Shown here one piece after another: positions 50,059-60,570 of a DNA stretch of 64,000 nt; the stretch's first letter is position 1, and every line of letters begins with the position of its first letter. A program made the translations under genes and the position numbers. Origin of the DNA: Bacteroidia bacterium (GTDB lineage Bacteria > Bacteroidota > Bacteroidia > UKL13-3). The stretch covers positions 20,299 to 84,298 of the forward strand of contig JBIMKP010000011.1 of assembly GCA_051861545.1 (NCBI GenBank). Direction: 5' to 3'. A model generated the notes under the pieces. That model ran no database searches. It was not told the DNA's origin and was given only the letters and a program-made list of their open reading frames with translations.

Positions 50059-51012
50059 TTATTTTCTTGAAATGGCTTTCAAAGCGGCATCAACAATGTT
50101 TTGCGCTTCTAATCCGTATTTTTTCATCAATTCATCTGGTGTTCCACTTTCTCCAAAGCTATCGTTTACACCAACCATTTCAACTGGTAATGGCATTTCA
50201 CGCGATAACAATTGACAAATACTATCTCCCAATCCACCATTTAATTGATGTTCTTCAGCAGTTACCACACATTTTGTTTTGCTAACAGATTCCAAAATTG
50301 CTTGTCTGTCTAATGGTTTGATTGTATGGATATTGATAATTTCTGCATTGATTCCTTTTTCAGCCAACATATGTCCAGCTTCAATAGCTTTCCAAACTAA
50401 ATGTCCAGTTGCAAAAATGCTCACATCAGTTCCTTCATTTAACATTAATGCTTTACCAATTTCAAATTTTTGGTCGGCAGCAGTAAAATTAGGAACTGCA
50501 GGTCTTCCAAATCTTAAATAAACAGGTCCTTCATAATCTGCAATGGCAATGGTTGCTGCTTTGGTTTGGTTAAAATCACAAGGATTAATTACCACCATTC
50601 CAGGAAGCATTTTCATTAAACCAATATCTTCTAAAATCTGATGTGTTGCCCCATCTTCGCCTAATGTAACTCCGGCATGAGATGCACATATTTTTACATT
50701 TTTGTCAGAATAAGCAATCGATTGACGAATTTGATCGTAAACACGTCCAGTGCTAAAATTAGCAAATGTTCCTGTAAACGGAATTAATCCACCAATTGTT
50801 AAACCAGCAGCAACGCCCATCATATTTGCTTCTGCAATTCCAACTTGGAAAAATCTTTCAGGATGGTCTTTTTGAAAAGCATCCATTTTTAATGAACCTG
50901 TTAAATCTGCGCACAAGGCCACTACTTTCGGATTTGTTTTTCCTAATTCCGATAGTCCGGCTCCGAAACCACTACGGGTATCTTTTACATTCTGTATCTC
51001 AAATTGCTTCAT
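50059..51012 (-). CDS. Transketolase, C-terminal subunit
   Basis: GIAEANM, GEDGATHQ, GPVYLRFGR and EEH motifs. Confidence 0.95.
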   Translation of the reverse strand: MKQFEIQNVKDTRSGFGAGLSELGKTNPKVVALCADLTGSLKMDAFQKDHPERFFQVGIAEANMMGVAAGLTIGGLIPFTGTFANFSTGRVYDQIRQSIAYSDKNVKICASHAGVTLGEDGATHQILEDIGLMKMLPGMVVINPCDFNQTKAATIAIADYEGPVYLRFGRPAVPNFTAADQKFEIGKALMLNEGTDVSIFATGHLVWKAIEAGHMLAEKGINAEIINIHTIKPLDRQAILESVSKTKCVVTAEEHQLNGGLGDSICQLLSREMPLPVEMVGVNDSFGESGTPDELMKKYGLEAQNIVDAALKAISRK

Positions 51013-51026
51013 GAGTAATGATAATT

Positions 51027-52424
51027 TTAATTCAAAGTAATATTTGTGGCTTGGCCACTAGTAATTTTAAATCCTCTTTCAAAAGTATTGCTGCTTCTAC
51101 TTGCACCTTTAGCCCTGTAAATAACTTTGTAATCGCCAGGTTGAATTACATATTGATGCATTCGTTTATCTGTTGATAATTTGCAAACCCAAACCAATTC
51201 GTTTCTAATCATTTGGTAGATATCGGCGTAAAAGTCTTGTACTTGGTAACTAATGATTAATTTTCCTGGTTGAGGTAATTGAATAGTTGTAGTAGTGCTT
51301 TGGTCTACCGACACTTCTTTAAAAATCATTCTAGGTAAACAAAGTACTTCAACATCATATTTCCCAACAATGTATTTTTCTTTTGCAGTAGCATCTTGTA
51401 CATGAAGGGTTTTATAGTCTTTCGCTTTTCTTGTAATAAATTGTAGGTTATTGTAATTGGTTAAACCATCAACCCTAACAGTTAATTGTCCTTGAGGTGC
51501 ATCCACTCCAATAATGGTATGTTTTCCAGGTGTTACTTCTATGTTTTCTTTGGTAACAGGTGGAATAGTATGAACCACCATTCTGTATTTATAAACTGGG
51601 TCCAATAAAATAGTATCGGGGTTTCCTCTTTCGTTAATGGTATGCATATAGTTATACAACAACTGATTCGATTTCATGTCGTAAAAACTCATATTCACAT
51701 TTGTTTCTGTTGGTTTACCATTAATGTCTAACAGGTTTACTTGGGCAGTAGTATTATTTAATGCTTGTGATATAACCACATTTAAAACCGTGTTAAATCC
51801 TTCTTCTGTATTGGCATCATAATATTTACCTACACAATCAAAAGCTCTTTTGAAATCTGGTGTAGAACCTATTCCAATAATAAAGGGTTTTAGAATGATG
51901 CCTTTACTTTGTAGTGCTTCTGAAACTGCGCATGGATCGCCAGAACATTCTTCAATTCCATCGGTAATTAAAATAATTACATTTCTAGAATATGGGTCTG
52001 TAGGAAAATCAGATGCCGACATCAACAAAGAATGAGCAATTAATGTTGTTCCTTTCGGATTAATTGCTTGAATTCTGTTTTTAATTTCAGTATGATTTTT
52101 TGGCCTGAACGGAACTTCCAATCTAGTATCCTTACAATTTCTAGCACCTGGAGGAGAAGTGTGGCCATAAACACGTAAGGCAACTTCCACATTTTGTAGT
52201 GGTGCTAAACTATCAATTGTTTTAGATAAAAGTCGTTTCGCAACATTAATACGCGTATCATTATCCAGTTTAGCGTACATACTACCACTGGCATCAAGCA
52301 AAAAGAGAATGCGTGTTACAGTTGGTTTTTTTTGGGTTTGTGCCTCAGCAAAACCTCCTCCAATCAAATAAAGAAAGAAGGCGAAACCCAATAGGGTTTT
52401 AAAAATAGTTTTTAATTTTTGCAT
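51027..52424 (-). CDS. Secreted VWA-domain protein
   Basis: Signal peptide; MIDAS DASGS...T...ITDG. Confidence 0.9.
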   Translation of the reverse strand: MQKLKTIFKTLLGFAFFLYLIGGGFAEAQTQKKPTVTRILFLLDASGSMYAKLDNDTRINVAKRLLSKTIDSLAPLQNVEVALRVYGHTSPPGARNCKDTRLEVPFRPKNHTEIKNRIQAINPKGTTLIAHSLLMSASDFPTDPYSRNVIILITDGIEECSGDPCAVSEALQSKGIILKPFIIGIGSTPDFKRAFDCVGKYYDANTEEGFNTVLNVVISQALNNTTAQVNLLDINGKPTETNVNMSFYDMKSNQLLYNYMHTINERGNPDTILLDPVYKYRMVVHTIPPVTKENIEVTPGKHTIIGVDAPQGQLTVRVDGLTNYNNLQFITRKAKDYKTLHVQDATAKEKYIVGKYDVEVLCLPRMIFKEVSVDQSTTTTIQLPQPGKLIISYQVQDFYADIYQMIRNELVWVCKLSTDKRMHQYVIQPGDYKVIYRAKGASRSSNTFERGFKITSGQATNITLN

Positions 52425-52443
52425 GCAGGCTTATTAACGTGGC

Positions 52444-53295
52444 TTAGTAATCTCCAATTGTTTCAGGAAGCTGAGAAAGGGCATTTGCCAATTCTGCATC
52501 GTTTGGAGCAACACCGTGCCATTTATGGCTACCCATCATAAAATCAACTGGGTAACCCATTTCTGTACGCATCATAATAAAAATTGGTTTTCCATTTCCA
52601 GCCATTGATTTGGCTTTTGCCATGGTTGCCAAAATATTTTCATGATTGTGTCCATCCATATCCAAAACTTCCCATCCAAAAGCTGCAAGTTTGGTGCCAA
52701 TATCTGTTCCCAATCCCATTACTTCTTTGGTAGAACCATCAATCTGTTGTCCGTTGAAGTCGATTGTTACAATTAAATTATCGATTTTTTGGTGAGCAGC
52801 AAACATAAATGCCTCCCAATTCTGACCTTCTTCAATTTCACCATCACCCATTAAACAATAAACCATTTTTGTGTCATTGTTTAATTTTTTTGCCAAAGCA
52901 GCGCCCGCAGCAACTGAAACTCCTTGTCCTAATGAACCTGAAGCTACTCTTATTCCTGGTAATTCTTCATGAGTTGTTGGATGTCCTTGTAAACGGGTAT
53001 TAATTCTGCGAAAAGTTTTCAATTCTTCAACAGGAAAATAACCAGAACGAGCTAAAACACTGTAAAATACTGGTGAAATATGTCCGTTCGAAAGAAAAAA
53101 TACATCTTCACCAATTCCATCCATTTTAAAATCTGGATTGTGGTCCATGATATTAAAATATAAGGCTGTCAAGAAATCAGCACATCCCAAACTTCCGCCC
53201 GGGTGGCCGCTTTTGCATCCGTGAACCATTCTTAAAACATCTCTTCTTACCTGGCTAGAGGTAGCAGTTAATTCGCTTGCCGACAGCTTATTCAT
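52444..53295 (-). CDS. Transketolase, N-terminal subunit
   Basis: SGHPGGSL, LSNGH, LQGHP, GSLGQG and GDGE motifs. Confidence 0.95.
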   Translation of the reverse strand: MNKLSASELTATSSQVRRDVLRMVHGCKSGHPGGSLGCADFLTALYFNIMDHNPDFKMDGIGEDVFFLSNGHISPVFYSVLARSGYFPVEELKTFRRINTRLQGHPTTHEELPGIRVASGSLGQGVSVAAGAALAKKLNNDTKMVYCLMGDGEIEEGQNWEAFMFAAHQKIDNLIVTIDFNGQQIDGSTKEVMGLGTDIGTKLAAFGWEVLDMDGHNHENILATMAKAKSMAGNGKPIFIMMRTEMGYPVDFMMGSHKWHGVAPNDAELANALSQLPETIGDY

Positions 53296-53325
53296 TCTGT
53301 ATTTGTTAAATTAATAGCTGCGAAA

Positions 53326-53358
53326 ATAAAAAAGGCAAACCTAAGTTTGCCTTTTATT
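53326..53358 (-). terminator. Intrinsic terminator
   Basis: aaaaggcaaac-ctaa-gtttgcctttt. Confidence 0.75.
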
Positions 53359-53386
53359 TATAAAATCTTTGTGGAAATCAATTGTT

Positions 53387-53944
53387 TTATATCATTTCAA
53401 GTAACCAAAACAGTAATCCTACAAGGAAAATAAGCGAACCAATCCAAGAAATAAATCCTGCCGTTCCTATTAATATTCCTAAAATTGCTCCAACAATAAT
53501 TAAAATTAAGCCAACAACCATCCATTTAATAGGATTATTTACCAATCCTTGGTTTTCTTTTGAATCTTGTTTCTTTAGTTCCTTGTTTAATGCTTTAAAT
53601 TGATGTTTTATGTCTTTAGCCTCATTTTTTAAAACTTTAAAACTGCTTTTACTGCCCGATGCAGGAACACTTTCTTTTATAATGTTTTCAATTTTTAATG
53701 TTGCTGATGGCTTGTTTTGATCCATTTTTGCAATTACAGGTTCAGTTGATTTTGATTTTTCAATGATTATTTCACCCTTCTTAGTTTTAATTAACTCGGT
53801 TTTAGGCTTTATCTTAACAATCTCGTTTTCCTTTTTAACACTAACTTTTTCTCTATAAGAATACAATTGTTTACTACAAGAACTAATCAGAAGAATACTG
53901 CTAATTAGCAAAATTGCTAGCTTGAATGATTTTATTTTTTTCAT
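53387..53944 (-). CDS. Hypothetical lipoprotein with two C-terminal TM helices
   Basis: MKKIKSFK...ISSC lipobox; Lys-rich linker; hydrophobic tail. Confidence 0.65.
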   Translation of the reverse strand: MKKIKSFKLAILLISSILLISSCSKQLYSYREKVSVKKENEIVKIKPKTELIKTKKGEIIIEKSKSTEPVIAKMDQNKPSATLKIENIIKESVPASGSKSSFKVLKNEAKDIKHQFKALNKELKKQDSKENQGLVNNPIKWMVVGLILIIVGAILGILIGTAGFISWIGSLIFLVGLLFWLLEMI

Positions 53945-54330
53945 GTGAATGAATTTGATAGCAAGATAAGCTGCTTTTAAATAGGGCTTGATGAAAATCT
54001 TTAATGGCATTTATTATCAGTCAATTAAGTTAATTCTTAGGGCCAGAATATGCAGTATGCTTTTTACTACTTTTCTAATAATTCTTGATTATATAGCTAA
54101 GCCTAGTTTCTCTTTTTCATCAAAAAGGTAATGTAAGCTTATCCCTTGAATTGATATTTTCTTTTGTCTTTTACTACTAAATCATATCACGATGAAGGAT
54201 TAAATCTGATGGAAACTTTAAAATAATATAACAGTTTACTAAACTTTCAATTTAAACTTCCGACTTTTGCCGGCCTCATTTCGAATTGCTTTAAAAATAC
54301 AATAAATTTGAAAAGAGCTAATTAGCTAAG

Positions 54331-55887
54331 ATGCGTAAAGAAATTCAGATTCAGGTTTTACCTGCCGAGCAGGATTCAAAAGAGAAAATACAATCCTACA
54401 TATTTTCTGCTTTGGGTATTTCTAAGGCTGAGTTAAACGGATTTAAAATCAAAAAGAAAAGCATTGATGCACGTAGACAACCCATCAGAATTAACCTCAC
54501 TTTAGAACTTTTTATAAAAGAAGAGCTTGAAGATGATTTGATTCAGTTTGATTTTAAGAATGTTCAAAATGCAAAAGAAGTTGCTATAATTGGCGCTGGT
54601 CCTGCCGGTTTGTTTGCAGCTTTACGTTTGATTGAGTTAGGACTTAAACCAATTGTTTTTGAAAGAGGTAAAGATGTTAAAGAACGTAGAAGAGATTTGG
54701 CAAATATCACCCGAAACAATACTGTAAATCCTGAAAGTAATTATTGTTTTGGTGAAGGTGGTGCAGGAACTTATAGCGATGGAAAATTATATACCAGAAG
54801 TTCTAAGCGTGGTGATGTAAACCGAATTCTAAAACTATTGGTTTACCATGGTGCCGACCCAGCTATTTTATATGAAAGTCACCCGCATATTGGTACCAAT
54901 AAATTACCTGGAATTATTACCCGCATCAGAGAAACAATTTTGAATTTTGGTGGGGAAGTTCATTTTAATTCAAAACTTACCGATTTTTTATTAGAAGGCA
55001 AGACTTTAAAAGGTATTTATATTGGAGAAAATCTACACCGCTTCGAACAAGTAATTCTGGCAACTGGACATTCTGCTCGTGATGTTTTTGAACTTCTAGA
55101 AAAGAAAAAAATTGCTATAGAAGCCAAGCCTTTTGCTTTGGGTGTTAGAATTGAGCATCCGCAAGAATTGATTGATAAAATACAATACAAATGTTCTACT
55201 GAAAGAAGTGAGTTTTTGCCTGCTGCAAGTTATAGTGTTGTGCAACAAGTTGCAGGTAGAGGAGTTTTTTCGTTTTGTATGTGTCCGGGTGGAATTATTG
55301 CCCCAGCCATGACAGCTCCCGGTGAAATTGTGGTGAATGGTTGGAGTCCGAGTAAAAGAAACAATCCTTATGCCAATAGTGGTATGGTTACTTCTATTGA
55401 AATTCCCGATTTTAAAGCATTTGAACATAAAGGAAACCTTGCAGGAATGTATTTTCAAAAAAGTGTAGAGCAAGCATGTTTTGAAATGGCTGATAAAACC
55501 CTAAAAGCTCCAGCTCAAAGAATGTCAGATTTTGTTAATAAAAAGCTTTCAGCTGATATTCCCCAAAACTCCTATTTACCGGGCACAGTAAGTAGAAATT
55601 TGCATGAAATTTTACCAGATTTTGTAGCTTCTGGTTTGAAAGAAGCATTCAAAGCTTTTGGTACCAAAATGAAAGGCTATTTAACAAATGAAGCAGTATT
55701 ATTGGCAACAGAATCAAGAACATCTTCCCCGGTAAGAATTCCTCGGAACAAAGAACTTTTGTGTCATACAGAAGTAGAAGGATTGTATCCATGCGCAGAA
55801 GGTGCTGGTTATGCAGGTGGAATTGTATCAGCCGCTATGGATGGTGAAAATGTGGCAACTGCAATTTATCAAAAAGTAAAACATTAA
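54331..55887 (+). CDS. NAD(P)/FAD-dependent oxidoreductase
   Basis: GAGPAG, FGEGGAGTYSDGKL, FCMCPGG and GAGYAGGIVSAA motifs. Confidence 0.9.
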   Translation: MRKEIQIQVLPAEQDSKEKIQSYIFSALGISKAELNGFKIKKKSIDARRQPIRINLTLELFIKEELEDDLIQFDFKNVQNAKEVAIIGAGPAGLFAALRLIELGLKPIVFERGKDVKERRRDLANITRNNTVNPESNYCFGEGGAGTYSDGKLYTRSSKRGDVNRILKLLVYHGADPAILYESHPHIGTNKLPGIITRIRETILNFGGEVHFNSKLTDFLLEGKTLKGIYIGENLHRFEQVILATGHSARDVFELLEKKKIAIEAKPFALGVRIEHPQELIDKIQYKCSTERSEFLPAASYSVVQQVAGRGVFSFCMCPGGIIAPAMTAPGEIVVNGWSPSKRNNPYANSGMVTSIEIPDFKAFEHKGNLAGMYFQKSVEQACFEMADKTLKAPAQRMSDFVNKKLSADIPQNSYLPGTVSRNLHEILPDFVASGLKEAFKAFGTKMKGYLTNEAVLLATESRTSSPVRIPRNKELLCHTEVEGLYPCAEGAGYAGGIVSAAMDGENVATAIYQKVKH

Positions 55888-55891
55888 GATT

Positions 55892-57958
55892 TTGAGAAGA
55901 ATATTTTTTTTTATGTTAGGCATCGTTTTTGCCTTTCAATCAGTTAAAGCAGGTACTATTTTCCTGTCGAAAACTACCTTAGGTAATTTTGGCTCATGCC
56001 CTGTAAATTATGCTACAGCTCCGGCTCGATATAAAGTTTGGGGAACAAACATAAATTCTGGAGTTACCATTACTGCTCCTCTTCATTTTGAAGTTAGTTT
56101 AAATGTAAACCAGAATTATGGAAAGGCTTTATTTATTCCAAATAATGGAACAGCTTTAGATACAACTGAAATCTTCGTTCGTTTTGCTCCTTTACAAACT
56201 GGTGCATTAAATGGATTGCTTTCACATACAAGTCCAGGTTCTAATACAGTAAATTTAAATGTTGTTGGAACAGCAGCGAGTGGCTTAAATGTTCCAGCAA
56301 ATTATTATAATGGTATTAACCAAACGGGTTCTGCATTATTAACTGCATTGTACAATAAAATTGCTGGTCATACTACCATTAGTTATGCTGGTTTATGGAC
56401 AGCCTTCCTCAATTCAGATGCTTTTTATACTGGCAAAGTATGGGATATTTATTCAACAGCAATAAGCGGCTCATCAGCTACTTATACGTTTACTTTTTCA
56501 ACTAACCAATGTGGTTCCTATTCGATAGAAGGTGATTGCTACAATAGAGAACATAGTTTTCCTCAATCGTGGTTTAATAGCTCAAGTCCAATGGTTTCTG
56601 ATATGTACCATATCTATCCAACAGATGGAAAAGTAAATGGAATGCGTAGTAATTATCCTTATGGTGATGTTGGAACAACGACCTACGTTTCACAAATCGG
56701 TGGTAAATTAGGAACTAGTATTTCTCCAGGCTATACTTCTTTGGTTTTCGAACCAGTTGATGAATACAAAGGAGATTTGGCTAGGGCTCAATTATACATG
56801 GCTGCTAGGTATAATAATTTAATTGCATCTTGGCAAAACAATGGAACTGCAAATGAAGTTCTTGCGGGTAATGCATATCCTGCTTTTGATGCTTGGCAAT
56901 TAAATCTCTTGGTAAAATGGCATAACCAAGATCCTCCAAGTGTAAAAGAAATCAATAGAAATAATGCCGTTTTTAACGTTCAGGCAAATAGAAATCCCTT
57001 TGTTGATAGTCCGCAGTTTGTAAATAGAATTTGGGGTTTAGCTAAACCATCAGAGCCAACATTAGCCAGTTCACAATTAAATTTGGATTCCTTTACAACA
57101 ACTGCAGCACGTTTTAGATGGAAAACAGGAAACGGAAACAGAAGAATTGTTATCATGAAAATGGGTTCTGCTGTTAACCAGTTTCCATTAGATTCTGTTA
57201 ATTATTCAGCTAGTTCAGTGTTTGGTTCAGGAGCCAATTTAGGTGGCGGAAATTTTGTGGTTTACAATGGTATGGGTTCTGGTGTTATTGTCACTGGTCT
57301 TAATCCAAATCAACCTTATTATTTAAGAGTAGTTGAGTATAATGGGATTAATAAAACAGCCAATTATAATACTACAAATGTTTTAAGTTCACTTCCAGTG
57401 TTTTTACCTGTTGAATGGTTGAGTTTTTCTAGTGAAATTTCGAATAGGAATATTGAACTACAATGGCAAACATCATCAGAAAAAAATGCCTATTCTTTTG
57501 ATATTGAAAGAAGTTTTGATGAAGAAAACTGGTTCAAAATTGGAGAACAAATGGCGGCAGGAAATAGTAATAAAACAAATAGTTATTCTTTTTTAGATGA
57601 AGGTGTTTTGGACTTGAATAACAAAGTAGTTTTTTATCGTTTGAAACAAATTGATTTCGATGGAAATTATTCTTACTCAAAAATTATTTCCGTTCAGGTT
57701 CCAAATGCTGATTTGGCCAATTTAGTATTGTTTCCAAATCCATTAAACAAGCCTATTATTGAAGTAGAAGGTATAAATGAAAACCAAATGTTTGATGTAT
57801 ATGTTTATGATATAACAGGAGCTGAAATTCTTCGTTTTTTAAATAAACAAGGCACAGATAAATCAATAGAATTGAATGATGGTTTAAAAAAAGGTGCCTA
57901 TTTCTTTAAAATTCAACAAGGTAATTCTCAAAAGACTAAATTGATAATAGTAGAATGA
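55892..57958 (+). CDS. T9SS-secreted endonuclease I-family nuclease
   Basis: YNREHSFPQSW, VNGMRSNYP, KGDLARA and NRNPFVD motifs; LPVEW..F Ig domain; C-terminal sorting domain. Confidence 0.9.
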   Translation: MRRIFFFMLGIVFAFQSVKAGTIFLSKTTLGNFGSCPVNYATAPARYKVWGTNINSGVTITAPLHFEVSLNVNQNYGKALFIPNNGTALDTTEIFVRFAPLQTGALNGLLSHTSPGSNTVNLNVVGTAASGLNVPANYYNGINQTGSALLTALYNKIAGHTTISYAGLWTAFLNSDAFYTGKVWDIYSTAISGSSATYTFTFSTNQCGSYSIEGDCYNREHSFPQSWFNSSSPMVSDMYHIYPTDGKVNGMRSNYPYGDVGTTTYVSQIGGKLGTSISPGYTSLVFEPVDEYKGDLARAQLYMAARYNNLIASWQNNGTANEVLAGNAYPAFDAWQLNLLVKWHNQDPPSVKEINRNNAVFNVQANRNPFVDSPQFVNRIWGLAKPSEPTLASSQLNLDSFTTTAARFRWKTGNGNRRIVIMKMGSAVNQFPLDSVNYSASSVFGSGANLGGGNFVVYNGMGSGVIVTGLNPNQPYYLRVVEYNGINKTANYNTTNVLSSLPVFLPVEWLSFSSEISNRNIELQWQTSSEKNAYSFDIERSFDEENWFKIGEQMAAGNSNKTNSYSFLDEGVLDLNNKVVFYRLKQIDFDGNYSYSKIISVQVPNADLANLVLFPNPLNKPIIEVEGINENQMFDVYVYDITGAEILRFLNKQGTDKSIELNDGLKKGAYFFKIQQGNSQKTKLIIVE

Positions 57959-58398
57959 AAATGGTAACAATTACGGAACACAAAGAGATTGAGGGTTCTT
58001 ATGTTTTTAAGGTGAATAAAACCGAAGAAGATTGGAACAAGGAATTGAATGCCGATCAATTTTATATTCTAAGAAAAAAAGGAACAGAACGTCCATTTAC
58101 AAGCGAGTTTGAAACACAATGGGATGGAGGTTTATACCAGTGTGCTGGATGTGGTGAAGAATTGTTTTCATCTGATGGTAAATTTGATAGTGGATGCGGT
58201 TGGCCAAGTTTTTATGAAGCAATTGATAAAACAAAAATTGTTACTAAAACCGACGAAACACATGGCATGGTAAGAACCGAAATTATGTGTGCATCATGTG
58301 GTGGACATTTAGGTCATGTTTTTGATGATGGTCCCAAAAACAAAACGGGTTTAAGGTATTGTGTAAATGGTTTAGCCTTAAAATTCAAAAAAGCATAA
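57955..58398 (+). CDS. msrB: Peptide-methionine (R)-S-oxide reductase
   Basis: GTERPF, SGCGWPSF, HLGHVFDDGP and RYCVN motifs; two CxxC. Confidence 0.97.
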   Translation: MKMVTITEHKEIEGSYVFKVNKTEEDWNKELNADQFYILRKKGTERPFTSEFETQWDGGLYQCAGCGEELFSSDGKFDSGCGWPSFYEAIDKTKIVTKTDETHGMVRTEIMCASCGGHLGHVFDDGPKNKTGLRYCVNGLALKFKKA

Positions 58399-58512
58399 TC
58401 CCGAAAATCATTGAAAATAAAGGGTTTTTGGTGCAATTTTACCGATTGAATAAGCCTTTAGGTGCATTAATTTTATTTTCGTTTCTTTGTACTAGTTTTA
58501 AAAATTAAGAAA

Positions 58513-58749
58513 ATGATATTCAAGTTTCTTTTATACGCCTTCTTATTTTATGTCCTATTCAGATTTTTATTTGGGGGATTGTTTAAGGTAAAGGTTTATA
58601 ACAATATCAACCACCATCATTATCCTCCACAGGATAAGGAGCATGGAAAACCTGAGGGTACAATTACCATCAACAAAAAAGTAGAAAACAAAAAAACTAC
58701 CGGCAGCGATAAGATTGGCGAGTATGTAGATTTTGAGGAAGTGAAATAA
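58513..58749 (+). CDS. DUF4834-like small membrane protein
   Basis: N-terminal TM helix; C-terminal GEYVDFEEVK. Confidence 0.8.
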   Translation: MIFKFLLYAFLFYVLFRFLFGGLFKVKVYNNINHHHYPPQDKEHGKPEGTITINKKVENKKTTGSDKIGEYVDFEEVK

Positions 58750-58750
58750 A

Positions 58751-59497
58751 ATGCTGGAAAAGAAACTCAGATCCTGGTTATTGCAGGCGCTCGGAACCGA
58801 AAATTATTTGTCGCTTGTAAGCAGCACTTATATCAGACTTATTGCCAATGGCAGGTTAAAGAAGAAATATCCCGAATTATTCTTCCTTGAAAAGCTAGTT
58901 CAACCAGGATTTACCTGCGTTGATATTGGTGCCAATGTTGGTTATTACTCTGTGTTTCTTTCAAAATATGCCGGCAAAACCGGACATGTTTATTCTGTTG
59001 AACCAGTTCCAATGTTTGCCAATGTTTTTTTAAAGAATACCAAGTCGTTTGCTTTAAATAATATCACATTATATCAGGTAGCATTGGGAGCAGAACAAAA
59101 GGAAATTACCCTTGAAACGCCTGTTTTAGATGGTGTTTTTAGACATGGACTAACAAAGGTTGTTGACCAAGCTTCAAACACAGGTGGATTGAGCTACAAG
59201 GCCCAAATGCTGGTTGCCGATAATTTATTTAAGGATTTAGCCCGTCTTGATTTTTTGAAATGTGATGTGGAAGGTTATGAGGTGTATTTATTCCCTCAAA
59301 TGAAAGAGACCATTCAAAAATTCAAACCGCTGATTCAGATTGAAATTAGTGAAGAAGAAAACCGCAGAAAAATGTTGGAATTGTTTGAATCATGGAACTA
59401 TTCGCCTTATCGTTTAAAAGACGAACAATTGTTAAAACTTACTTCAAATGAAGCTCTTTCGTATGATGAAGGAGATTTTTATTTTAGAGCTAATTAA
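58751..59497 (+). CDS. FkbM family methyltransferase
   Basis: DIGANVG and LKCDVEGYE motifs. Confidence 0.92.
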   Translation: MLEKKLRSWLLQALGTENYLSLVSSTYIRLIANGRLKKKYPELFFLEKLVQPGFTCVDIGANVGYYSVFLSKYAGKTGHVYSVEPVPMFANVFLKNTKSFALNNITLYQVALGAEQKEITLETPVLDGVFRHGLTKVVDQASNTGGLSYKAQMLVADNLFKDLARLDFLKCDVEGYEVYLFPQMKETIQKFKPLIQIEISEEENRRKMLELFESWNYSPYRLKDEQLLKLTSNEALSYDEGDFYFRAN

Positions 59498-59756
59498 GCA
59501 TCCTTTTTTTTCATCATAAATTAACTTATTAAAGCCGATTCTTTGGCTTGGTTTTTATCTAGTATCAAATCTGTATTTTTAAAAGGAGGTTTTCTCTTGC
59601 TTTAAAAATTTGACTAAAGCTTTTTTGATGCAAGTAAATTATTGAAGTTTTACACTTTGTAAAGTGTAGATTTAGATTTTCATACAAAGGCAAATATTAT
59701 GAAATAATATCATAGGTCCCTTTTTTAACCGCATATAGTGCTTTGTAGTTTGATAC

Positions 59757-59797
59757 AAAAAAAGCTGCTTCCTCAATTAGAAAAAGCAGCTTTTTTT
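59757..59797. terminator. Bidirectional terminator
   Basis: aaaaaaagctgctt...aagcagcttttttt. Confidence 0.8.
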
Positions 59798-59814
59798 AGG
59801 TTGTTTAATGATGC

Positions 59815-60510
59815 CTACCAATCATCTTCATCAATAATTTTTGGCTCTCTTAATGCAGCTTTGTAGCTGTTTACTAGATCATTAATGTCTTTATCGGCAG
59901 CTCTTAATACGGAATCATTTTGACGAATATTTGTGATGCTTGTATAATAGTACTCAAAATAATTTCTATTTGCTTTTGTACTTCCTGCAGGTTTTAATGA
60001 TTCATGAACAAGGTTTGATATTTGGTATTTAAATCTTCCTTCTTTAATATAAATAGTTAACCTCATTTCATACCTTCCAATACTTCTTTTTGTATATTTA
60101 TTTAAGTACGAATAAGCAGGTATATAGGCTATGTAAACCAATTTTTGGTTTCTTTTGTCTAGGTCGATTTTAGTATCCTTTCCAAGTGTTTTTTCTGCCC
60201 ATCTTTTGGTTCTCAAATAAAGTGAATCAGAACCACTTTCTTCTTGTTCTACAACACCCGAATAGGTAATTAAATTAGTCGCAGAATCTACATTTAAAAC
60301 AATTCTTTCATAAGGTTTTAATGTTGGATCAATAGGGTCTTTAGAATTATTCATATCTGGAATTGGCTCCAGATTAGATGAATCAACTACTGTTGTATCA
60401 GGATTTGTAAAGTCGAAACCCGGCGAAGATGGGTCTTGAACTTGGGCAAACGCGATACTGCTTATCAAAGCAAATACTAAAAGCGTAAGGTATTTTTTTA
60501 ATAGATTCAT
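59815..60510 (-). CDS. Secreted DUF4468-like protein
   Basis: Signal peptide; ITYSGVV...DSLYLRTKRW...IKEGRFKY; ends EDDW. Confidence 0.6.
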   Translation of the reverse strand: MNLLKKYLTLLVFALISSIAFAQVQDPSSPGFDFTNPDTTVVDSSNLEPIPDMNNSKDPIDPTLKPYERIVLNVDSATNLITYSGVVEQEESGSDSLYLRTKRWAEKTLGKDTKIDLDKRNQKLVYIAYIPAYSYLNKYTKRSIGRYEMRLTIYIKEGRFKYQISNLVHESLKPAGSTKANRNYFEYYYTSITNIRQNDSVLRAADKDINDLVNSYKAALREPKIIDEDDW

Positions 60511-60570
60511 TTTTTAAATAGTTCTTTTAAAGGGTTTCAAAAATAGAAATTCTGCAATAAAATCAAAGGA

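Noticed and set aside
54011-54330. Pseudogene in a long AT-rich intergenic region (also 59498-59756)
   Set aside because: No recognisable reading-frame remnant or structure.
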